Shown here: in pieces, positions 12,366 to 24,227 of the stretch
Layout: each line of letters opens with the position of its first letter
Position numbering within the stretch: position 1 is the stretch's first letter
Origin: the human T2T-CHM13v2.0 reference genome, Homo sapiens
Assembly (NCBI RefSeq): GCF_009914755.1
Contig: NC_060938.1
DNA: 64,000 nt
Strand: one strand, 5' to 3'
Notes under the pieces: generated by a model
Told to the model about the DNA's origin: nothing
The model's database searches: none
What the model saw: the letters and a program-made list of their open reading frames with translations, nothing else
Position numbers and translations under genes: made by a program

Positions 12366-15300
12366 ATTCCATTGCATTCCATTCCATACCATTCCACTCC
12401 ATTCCGTTCCATTCTATTCGGGTTGATTCCTTTCCATTCCATGCCCTTTTATTCCATTCCATTCCATTCCGTTCCATTCCATTCCATACCATTCCACCAA
12501 AGTTGATTGTATGTTATTCCATTCCATTCCATTCCATTCCATTCCATTCCATTCCCTTCCATTCCTTTTCCACTCGGGTTGATTCGGTTCCATTCAATTC
12601 TGTTCCGTTCCTTTCTGCTCCATTCCATTCCATTTCATTCAATTGCATTCCACTCGGGTTGATTCCATTCCATTCCATTCCATTCCACTCCATTCCATTC
12701 CATTCCATTCCAGTCCATTCAATACCCTTCGGTTTGATTCCTTTCCATTCCATTGCATTCCATAGTATTCCAATCCATTCCGTTCGGGTTGATGCCATTC
12801 CATTCCTTTCCATTCCATTCCATAGATTTCAACTAGGGTTGATTCCATACCATTCCATTCCATTGCATTGCATTCCATTCCCTTCCACTTGGGTTGATTC
12901 CCTTCCATTCCATTCCAATCCATTCCATTCCATTCCATTCCATTCCATTCCATTCCATTCCATTCCATTCCATTCCACTCGGGATGATTCCATTCCATTC
13001 CATTCCATTCCATTCCATTCCATTCCATTCCATTCCACTCTATTCCATTCCATTCCATTCCACTCAGGTTAATTCCGTTCCTTTCCATTCCAATCCATTC
13101 CATTCCATTCAATTCCATTGGGGTCCATTCCATTCCATTCCATTCCATTCCATTCCATTCCTTTCCGTTCCATTCCATTCAATTCCTTTCCATTGCATTC
13201 CATACCATTCCATTCTATTCTATTCCATTCCATTCCATTCCATGCCATTCCTTTCCAGTTGACTCAGGTTGATTCCGTTCCATTCCATTCCATTCCATTC
13301 CATTCCATTCCATTCCAGTTGATTCCATTGCATTCCATTCCATTCCATTCCATTCCATTCCATTCCATTCCACTCGGGTTGATTCCATTCCATTGCATTC
13401 AATTCCATTCCTTTCCATTCCCTTTCACTTGGGTTGATTCCATTCCTTTCCATTCCTTTCCATTCCATTCCATTCGGTTGCATTCGGCTTGATTCCATTC
13501 CATTCCATTCCATTTTTTCCACTCCACTCGGGTTGAATCCATTCCATTCCATTCCTTTCCATTACATTCAATTCTTTTCCACTCGGCTTGATTCCATTCC
13601 ATTCCATTCCATTTTTCCACTCCCCTCGGGTTGATTCCATTCCATTCCATTCCATTCCATTCCAGTTGATTCCATTCCATTCCAGTTGATTCCATTCCAT
13701 TCCATTCCATTCCATTCCATTCGATTTCTTTCAGGTTGATTCAGTTCCTTTCCATTCCACTCCATTGCATTCCATTCCATTTTATTCTCTTGCATTCCAT
13801 TCCATTCAAATGCATTCCATTCCATTCCATTCCGTTCCATTCCATTCGTGTTGTTGCTATTCCAATCCATACCATTCCATTCCATTCCATTCCATTCCGT
13901 CCCATTCTTTTCGTGTTGATTCCATTCCATTCCATTCCTCTCCATTCCAATCCATTACATTCCACTCTGGTTGAATCCATTCCTTTCCATTCCAATCCAT
14001 TCCATTCCTTTCCAATCCATTCCATTCTGTTCAATTCCACTTGGATTCAATCTATTCTTTCCATGCCATTCCGTTCTGTTCCATTCCATTCCATTGCATT
14101 TGATACCATTCCACTCCACTCGGGGTGATTCCATTCAATTCCATTATATTCCATTCAATTCCATTGCATTCCATTCCATTCCATTCCATTCGGGTTGATC
14201 CCATTCCGTTCCTTTCCTTTCATTCCATTCCATTCCATTCCATTCCATTCCACTCCATTCCATTCCACTCCACTCCGGTTGATTCCATACATTTCAATCG
14301 GTTTGATTCCATTCCATTCCATTCCATTTTATTCAATTCCATTCCGTTCCATTCCATTCCATTCCCTACCATGCCACGCGGGTTGATTCCATACCATACC
14401 ATTCCATTCCATTTCATGAAATTCCATACCATTCCATTTTACTCGGGTTGATTACTTTCCATTCCATTCCATTCCATTCCATTCGGGTTTATTCCATTCC
14501 ATTCCATTCCATTCCATTCCATTCCACTGCTTTCCATTCCATTCCACTCCATTCCATTCCATTCCATTCCACTCGGGTTGATTCCATTCCATTCCATTCC
14601 AATCCATTCCATTCCATTCCATTCCATTCCTTTCCGTTCCATTCCATTCGATTCCATTCCATTGCATTCCATTCCATTCCATTCCAATCCATTCCATTCC
14701 ATTCCATTCCACTCGGGTAGATTCCATACTATACCATTCCATTCATTCCTTTCCATTCCATTCCATTCCAGTCGGGTTGATTCCATTCCTTTCCATTCCA
14801 TTCCATTCCATTCCTTTCCATTCCATTCCTCTCGTGTTGATTCCGTTGTATTCCATTCCATTCCAATGCACTTGGGTTGATTCCAGTCCATACCATTCCA
14901 TTCCATTCATTTACATTACACTCCGGTTATTTCCATAGCATTCCATTCCATTCCATTCCATTCCATCCCATTCGGGTTGATTCCATTCCTTTCCGTTCCA
15001 ATCCATTCCACTCCATTCCATTCCATTCCATTCCATTCCATTCCATTCCATTCCATTGCATTCCATTCCGTACACTTCGGGTTGATTCCTTTCCATTCCA
15101 TTCCATTCCATACAATTCCACTCAATCCATTCCGTTCCATTCCATTCGGGTTGATTCTGTTCCATTCCATGCCCTTTTATTCCATTCCATTCCATTCCAT
15201 TCCATTCCATTCCATTCCATTCCATTCCATACCGTTCCACCAAAGTTGATTGAATGTTATTCCATTCAATTCCATTCCATTCCATTCCATTCCATTCCAT

Positions 15301-15612
15301 TCCATTCCATTCATTTCCACTCGGGTTCATTCCATTCTATTCAATTCCGTTCTGTTCCGTTCCGTTCCATTCCATTCCATTCCATTCCATTTCATTCCAT
15401 TGCATTGCACTCGAGTTGATTCCGTTCCTTTCCATTCCATTCCATTCCATTCCATTCCATTCCATTCCACTCCACTCTGGTTGATTCCATTCCATTCCAT
15501 TCCATTCCACTCCATTCCATTCCACTCGGGTTGATTCCTTTCCATTCCATTCCATTCCATTCCATTCCATTCCATTCCATTCCATTCCATTGCATTCCAC
15601 TCCATTCCATTC
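11241..15612 (+). repeat. ~4.38 kb tandem duplication, copy 1
   Basis: Identical translated ORFs at 11604/15981, 13434/17820, 13736/18127, 13971/18362, 14125/18516 and 14578/18979; offsets 4372-4401. Confidence 0.93.
12370..15450 (+). repeat. Family-A ~3.1 kb block, paralog of 2400-5470 (third copy ~16755-19830)
   Basis: ORF pairs 2874/12833, 3762/13736, 3997/13971, 4221/14195, 4634/14578 and 5033/14977 (offsets 9944-9974); all family-A markers are in the same order. Confidence 0.88.
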
Positions 15613-18600
15613 CATTCCATTCCAATCCATTCTATTGCATTCCATTCCATTCCATTCCACTCGTGTTGATTCCCTTCCATTGCATTCCATTCCATTCCAC
15701 TTGGGTTGATTCCATTCCTTTCCTTTCCATTCCATTCCATTCCATTCCATTCCATTCCATTCCATTCCATTCCGTTCCATTCCATTCGTGTTGATGCCAT
15801 TCCAATCCATACCATTCCATTCCATTCCATTCCATTCCGTCCCATTCTTTTCGTGTTGATTCCATTCCATTCCATTCCACTCCATTCCAATCCATTACAT
15901 TCCACTAGGGTTGAATCCATTCCTTTCCATTCCAATCCATTCCATTCCTTTCCAATCCATTCCATTCCATTCAATTCCATTTGGATTCAATCTATTCTTT
16001 CCATTCCATTCCATTCTGTTCCATTCCATTCCATTGCATTAGATACCATTCCATTCCACTCGGGATGATTCCATTCAATTCCATTTTATTCCGTTCAATT
16101 CCATTGCATTCCATTCCATTCCATTTCACTCGGGTGGATTCCATTCCATTGCATTCCATTCCATTCCATTCCATTCCATTCCACTCTGGTTGATTCCATT
16201 CCGTTCCTTTCCATTCCATTCCTTCCACTCCATTCAATTGCACTCCACTCCGGTTGATTCCATTCCATTCCATTCCATTCCACTCGGGTTGATTCCATTC
16301 CATTCCATTCCATTCCATTCGATTCCATTCCATTCCATTCCACTCCATTCCATTCCATTACATTCCACTCCATTCCATTCCACTCCATTCCATTCCATTC
16401 CATTCCACTCCATTCCAATCCATTCCATTCCACTCGTGTTGATTGCATTCCATTCAATTCCATTCCATTCCGTACCTCTCAGGTTGATTCCTTTCCATTC
16501 CATTCCATTTTATTCCACTCCACTCGGGTTGATTCCATTCCATTCCATTCCATTCCATTCCATTCCATTCCATTCTATTCCATTCCATTCCATTCCACTC
16601 CACTCCGGTTGATCCCATTCCATTCCATTGCATTCCATTCCATTCCATTCCATTCCATTCCATTCCATTCCATTCCATTCCACTCGGGTTGATTCCTTTC
16701 CATTCCATTCCATTCCATTCCATTCCATTCCATTGCATTCCACTCCATTCCATTCCATTGCATTCCATTCCATACCATTCCACTCCATTCCGTTCCATTC
16801 TATTCGGGTTGATTCCTTTCCATTCCATGCCCTTTTATTCCATTCCATTCCATTCCGTTCCATTCCATTCCATACCATTCCACCAAAGTTGATTGTATGT
16901 TATTCCATTCCATTCCATTCCATTCCATTCCATTCCATTCCATTCCCTTCCATTCCTTTTCCACTCGGGTTGATTCGGTTCCATTCAATTCTGTTCCGTT
17001 CCTTTCTGCTCCATTCCATTCCATTTCATTCAATTGCATTCCACTCGGGTTGATTCCATTCCATTCCATTCCATTCCACTCCATTCCATTCCATTCCATT
17101 CCAGTCCATTCAATACCCTTCGGTTTGATTCCTTTCCATTCCATTGCATTCCATAGTATTCCAATCCATTCCGTTCGGGTTGATGCCATTCCATTCCTTT
17201 CCATTCCATTCCATAGATTGCAACTAGGGTTGATTCCATACCATTCCATTCCATTGCATTGCATTCCATTCCCTTCCACTTGGGTTGATTCCCTTCCATT
17301 CCATTCCAATCCATTCCATTCCATTCCATTCCATTCCATTCCATTCCATTCCATTCCATTCCATTCCACTCGGGATGATTCCATTCCATTCCATTCCATT
17401 CCATTCCATTCCATTCCATTCCACTCTATTCCATTCCATTCCATTCCACTCAGGTTAATTCCGTTCCTTTCCATTCCAATCCATTCCATTCCATTCAATT
17501 CCATTGGGGTCCATTCCATTCCATTCCATTCCATTCCATTCCATTCCATTCCTTTCCGTTCCATTCCATTCAATTCCTTTCCATTGCATTCCATACCATT
17601 CCATTCTATTCTATTCCATTCCATTCCATTCCATGCCATTCCTTTCCAGTTGACTCAGGTTGATTCCGTTCCATTCCATTCCATTCCATTCCATTCCATT
17701 CCAGTTGATTCCATTGCATTCCATTCCATTCCATTCCATTCCATTCCATTCCATTCCACTCGGGTTGATTCCATTCCATTGCATTCAATTCCATTCCTTT
17801 CCATTCCCTTTCACTTGGGTTGATTCCATTCCTTTCCATTCCTTTCCATTCCATTCCATTCGGTTGCATTCGGCTTGATTCCATTCCATTCCATTCCATT
17901 TTTTCCACTCCACTCGGGTTGAATCCATTCCATTCCATTCCTTTCCATTACATTCAATTCTTTTCCACTCGGCTTGATTCCATTCCATTCCATTCCATTT
18001 TTCCACTCCCCTCGGGTTGATTCCATTCCATTCCATTCCATTCCATTCCATTCCAGTTGATTCCATTCCATTCCAGTTGATTCCATTCCATTCCATTCCA
18101 TTCCATTCCATTCGATTTCTTTCAGGTTGATTCAGTTCCTTTCCATTCCACTCCATTGCATTCCATTCCATTTTATTCTCTTGCATTCCATTCCATTCAA
18201 ATGCATTCCATTCCATTCCATTCCGTTCCATTCCATTCGTGTTGTTGCTATTCCAATCCATACCATTCCATTCCATTCCATTCCATTCCGTCCCATTCTT
18301 TTCGTGTTGATTCCATTCCATTCCATTCCTCTCCATTCCAATCCATTACATTCCACTCTGGTTGAATCCATTCCTTTCCATTCCAATCCATTCCATTCCT
18401 TTCCAATCCATTCCATTCTGTTCAATTCCACTTGGATTCAATCTATTCTTTCCATGCCATTCCGTTCTGTTCCATTCCATTCCATTGCATTTGATACCAT
18501 TCCACTCCACTCGGGGTGATTCCATTCAATTCCATTATATTCCATTCAATTCCATTGCATTCCATTCCATTCCATTCCATTCGGGTTGATCCCATTCCGT

Positions 18601-19995
18601 TCCTTTCCTTTCATTCCATTCCATTCCATTCCATTCCATTCCACTCCATTCCATTCCACTCCACTCCGGTTGATTCCATACATTTCAATCGGTTTGATTC
18701 CATTCCATTCCATTCCATTTTATTCAATTCCATTCCGTTCCATTCCATTCCATTCCCTACCATGCCACGCGGGTTGATTCCATACCATACCATTCCATTC
18801 CATTTCATGAAATTCCATACCATTCCATTTTACTCGGGTTGATTACTTTCCATTCCATTCCATTCCATTCCATTCGGGTTTATTCCATTCCATTCCATTC
18901 CATTCCATTCCATTCCATTCCATTCCACTGCTTTCCATTCCATTCCACTCCATTCCATTCCATTCCATTCCACTCGGGTTGATTCCATTCCATTCCATTC
19001 CAATCCATTCCATTCCATTCCATTCCATTCCTTTCCGTTCCATTCCATTCGATTCCATTCCATTGCATTCCATTCCATTCCATTCCAATCCATTCCATTC
19101 CATTCCATTCCACTCGGGTAGATTCCATACTATACCATTCCATTCATTCCTTTCCATTCCATTCCATTCCAGTCGGGTTGATTCCATTCCTTTCCATTCC
19201 ATTCCATTCCATTCCTTTCCATTCCATTCCTCTCGTGTTGATTCCGTTGTATTCCATTCCATTCCAATGCACTTGGGTTGATTCCAGTCCATACCATTCC
19301 ATTCCATTCATTTACATTACACTCCGGTTATTTCCATAGCATTCCATTCCATTCCATTCCATTCCATCCCATTCGGGTTGATTCCATTCCTTTCCGTTCC
19401 AATCCATTCCACTCCATTCCATTCCATTCCATTCCATTCCATTCCATTGCATTCCATTCCGTACACTTCGGGTTGATTCCTTTCCATTCCATTCCATTCC
19501 ATACAATTCCACTCAATCCATTCCGTTCCATTCCATTCGGGTTGATTCTGTTCCATTCCATGCCCTTTTATTCCATTCCATTCCATTCCATTCCATTCCA
19601 TTCCATTCCATTCCATACCGTTCCACCAAAGTTGATTGAATGTTATTCCATTCAATTCCATTCCATTCCATTCCATTCCATTCCATTCCATTCATTTCCA
19701 CTCGGGTTCATTCCATTCTATTCAATTCCGTTCTGTTCCGTTCCGTTCCATTCCATTCCATTCCATTCCATTTCATTCCATTGCATTGCACTCGAGTTGA
19801 TTCCGTTCCTTTCCATTCCATTCCATTCCATTCCATTCCATTCCATTCCACTCCACTCTGGTTGATTCCATTCCATTCCATTCCATTCCACTCCATTCCA
19901 TTCCACTCGGGTTGATTCCTTTCCATTCCATTCCATTCCATTCCATTCCATTCCATTCCATTCCATTGCATTCCACTCCATTCCATTCCATTCCA
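15613..19995 (+). repeat. ~4.38 kb tandem duplication, copy 2
   Basis: Begins where tccaatccattctattgcat...gattcccttccattgc (15621) matches 11249 and upstream similarity stops. Ends after gggttgattcctttcc...ttgcattccactcc (~19910-19990), the same terminus as copy 1 (15527-15605). Confidence 0.93.
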
Positions 19996-20010
19996 TTCCA
20001 TTCCATTCCA

Positions 20011-20100
20011 TTGCATTCCACTCCATTCCATTCCATTCCATTGCATTCCACTCCATTCCATTCCATTCCATTGCATTCCACTCCATTCCATTCCATTCCA
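20011..20100 (+). repeat. Exact 30-bp x3 tandem (TTGCATTCCACTCCATTCCATTCCATTCCA)
   Basis: Identical 30-mers start at 20011, 20041 and 20071, with a longer related unit at 19966. Confidence 0.9.
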
Positions 20101-20649
20101 TTCCACTCCATTCCATTCCATTCCACTCAGGTTGATTCTATTCCATTCCATTCCATTCCATTCCATTCGATTCCATTCCATTACTTTCCCCTCAGGTTGA
20201 TTCCTTTCCATTCCATTCCATTTTATTCCATTCCACTCGGGTTGATTCCATTCCATTCCATTCCATTGCATTCCATTCGTGTTCATTCCATTGCATTCCA
20301 TTCCATTCCACTCCATTCCATTCCATTTCCTTCCATTCCAGTTGATTCCATTCCTTTCCTTTCCATTCCATTCCTTTCCTTTCCATTCTATTCCATTCCA
20401 TTCCATTCCATTCCATTCCATTTCATTCGGTTCCATTCTACTCGGGTTGATTCCATTCCATTCCATTTGATTCCATTCGATTTCATTGCACTGGTGTTTA
20501 TTCCATTCCTCTCCACTCCATTCATTTCCATTCCATTCGGGTTTATTCCATTTCATTCCATTCCATTCCATTCCATTGCATTGCATTCCTTTCCATTCTA
20601 TTCCATTTCATTCCATTCCATTTGTGTTGATTCCATTCCATTCCATTCC

Positions 20650-23300
20650 GCTCCATTCCATTCGTGTTGATGCCATTCCAATCCATACCGTTCCATTCCA
20701 TTTCATTCTATTCCGTTCCATTCCTTTCGTGTTGATTCCATTCCATTCCATTCCACTCCATTCCTATCCATTACATTCCACTTGGGTTGAATCCATTCCT
20801 TTCCATTCAAATCCATTCCATTCCTTTCCAATCCATTCCATTCCATTCAATTCCACATGGACTCAATCTATTCTTTCCATTCCGTTCCGTTCTGTTCCAT
20901 TCCAGTCCATTGCATTAGATACCAATCCATTCCACTTGTGATGATTCCATTCAATTCCACTATATTCCGTTCAATTCCATTGAATTCCATTCCATTCCAT
21001 TCCACTCGGGTGGATTTCATTCCATTCCATTCCACTCGCATGGAATCCATTCCATTCCATTCCATTCCATTCCAATCCATTCCATTCCATTCCACTCTGG
21101 GTGATTCCATTCCGTTCCTTTCCATTCCATTCCATTCTATTCCATTCCATTCCATTCCATTTAATTCCATTCCAATCCATTCCATTCCACTCCACTCTGG
21201 TTGATTCCATTCCATTCCATTCCATTCCATTCCATTCCACTCAGGTTGATTCCATTCCATTCCATTCCATTTTATTCCATTCCATTCCCTTCCATTCCAT
21301 TCCATTCCATACCATTCCTCTCGGGTTGATTCCATACCATTCCATTCCATTCCACTCGGGTTGATTCTTTTCCATTCCATTCCATTCCATTCCATTCCAT
21401 TCCATTCCATTCCACTCCATTCCATTCCATTCCATTCCATTCCACTCCATTTCAATCCATTCCATTCCACTCGATTTGATTCCATTCCATTCCATTCCAT
21501 TTTAGTCCACTCCACTCGGGTTGCTTCCAATCAATTCCATTCCATTCCATTCCACTCCATTCCAATCCATTACATTCCACTCGGGTTGAATCCTTTCCAT
21601 TCCATTCCAATGCTTTCCCTTCCATTCAATTCCACTCGGATTCAATCAATTCCATTCTATTCCATTCCGTTCTGTTCCACTCCATTCCATTGCATTCCAT
21701 ACTATTCCATTCCACTCGGCTTGATTCCATTGAATTCCATCCCATTCCATTACAATCCATTCTATTGCATTCCATTCCATTCCATTCCACTCGTCTTGAT
21801 TCCCTTCCATTCCATTCAATTCCATTCCACTTGGGTTGATTCCATTCCGTTCCTTTCCATTGCATTCCATTCCATTCCATTCCATTCCGTTCCATTCCAT
21901 TCGTGTTGATGCCATTCCAATCCATACCATTCCATTCCATTCCATTCCATTCCACTCCATTCCTATCCATTACATTCCACTTGGGTTGAATCCATTCCTT
22001 TCCACTCAAATCCATTCCATTCCTTTCCAATCCATTCCATTCCATTCAATTCAACTTGGACTCAATCTATTCTTTCCATTCCATTCCGTTCTGTTCCTTT
22101 CCAGTCCATTGCATTAGATACCAATCCATTCCACTTGTGATGATTCCATTGAATTCCATTATATTCCGTTCAATTCCATTGAATTCCATTCCATTCCATT
22201 CCACTCGGGTGGATTCCATTCGATTCCATTCCACGTGGGTGGAATCCATTCCATTCCATTCCATTCCAATCCATTCCATTCCATTCCACTCTGGTTGATT
22301 CCATTCCATTCCATTCCATTCCATTCCATTCCATTCCATTCAATTCCATTGCAATCCATTCCATTCCACTCCACTCTGGTTGATTCCATTCCATTCCATT
22401 CCATTCCATTCCATTCCATTCCATTCCATTCCATTCAATTCCACTCCATTCCATTCCATTCCATTCCATTCCACTCAGGTTGATTCCATTCCATTCCATT
22501 CAATTTTATTCCATTCCATTCCCTTCCATTCCATTCCATTTCATACCATTCCTCTCGGGTTGATTCCATACCATTCCATTCCATTCCACTCGGGTTGATT
22601 CTATTCCATTCCATTCCATTCCATTCCATTCCATTCCATTCCACTCCATTCCATTCCATTCCATTCCACTCCATTCCAATCCATTCCATTCCACTCGGGT
22701 TGATTCCATTCCACTCCATTCCATTTTAGTCCACTCCACTCGGGTTGCTTCCATTCCATTCCATTCCATTCCATTCCACTCCATTCCAACCATTCCATTC
22801 CATTCAATTCCACTCGGATTCAATCAATTCCATTCTATTCCATTCCGTTCTGTTCCACTCCATTCCATTGCATTCCATACCATTCCATTCCACTCGGCTT
22901 GATTCCATTGAATTCCATCCCATTCCATTCCAATCCATTCTATTGCATTCCATTCCATTCCATTCCACTCGTCTTGATTCCCTTCCATTCCATTCCATTC
23001 CATTCCACTTGGGTTGATTCCATTCTGTTCCTTTCCATTCCATTCCATTCCATTCCATCCAATTCCATTGCATTCCGTTCCATTCCATTCGTGTTGATGC
23101 CATTCCAATCCATACCATTCCATTCCATTCCATTCCATTCCGTCCCATTCTTTTCGTGTTGATTCCATTCCATTCCATTCAACTCCATTCCAATCCATTA
23201 CATTCCACTCGGGTTGAATCCATTCCTTTCTATGCCAATCCATTCCATTCCTTTCCAATCCATTCCATTCCATTCAATTCCACTTGGATTCAATCTATTC
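20650..23300 (+). repeat. ~1.2 kb diverged tandem (about 2.2 copies)
   Basis: Landmarks at 20857, 22056 and 23284. Shared rare variants: caaatcc (20808/~22007), cactcggcttgattccattgaa (~21713/22891), tcgtcttgat (21791/~22969). ORF ends 21626/22804. Confidence 0.75.
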
Positions 23301-24227
23301 TTTCCATTCCATTCCATTCTGTTCCATTCCATTCCATTGCATTAGATACCATTCCATTCCACTCGGGATGATTCCATTCAATTCCATTTTATTCCGTTCA
23401 ATTCCATTGCATTCCATTCCATTCCATTCCACTCGGGTGGATTCCATTCCATTCCATTCCATTCCATTCCATTCCACTCCATTCTGGTTGATTCCATTCC
23501 GTTCCTTTCCATTCCATTCCATTCCAATCCATTCCAATCCACTCCACTCCGGTTGATTCCTTTCCATTCCGTTCCATTCCATTCCATTCCATTCCATTCC
23601 ATTCCACTCCATTCCATTCCATTCCATTCCACTCCATTCCATTCCACTCCATTCCATTCCATTCCATTACACTCCATTCCAATGCATTCCATTCCACTCG
23701 GGTTGATTCCATTCCATTCCATTACATTCCATTCCGTTCCACTCAGGTTGATTCCTTTCCATTCCATTCCATTCCATACCATTCCACTCGGGTTCATTCC
23801 ATTCCATTCCATTCCATTCCATTCCACTCGGGTTGATTCTTTTCCATTCCATTCCTTTCGATTCCACTCCATTCCATTCCATTCCATTCCACTCCATTCC
23901 AATCCATTCCAATCCACTCGGGTTTATTCCATTCCATTCCATTCCATTTTAGTCCACTCCACTCGGGTTGATTCCATTCCATTCCATTCCATTCCATTGC
24001 ATTCCATTCGTGTTGATTCCATTGCATTCCATTCATTCCACTCAATTCCATTCCGTTTCATTCCATTCCAGTTGATTCCATTCCTTTCCATTCCATTCCA
24101 TTCCCTTCCATTCCGTTCCATTCTACTCGGGTTGATTCCATTCCATTCCATTTCATTCCATTCGATTTCATTCCACTGGTGTTTATTCCATTCCACTGCA
24201 TTCCATTCCATTCCATTCGGGTTTATT

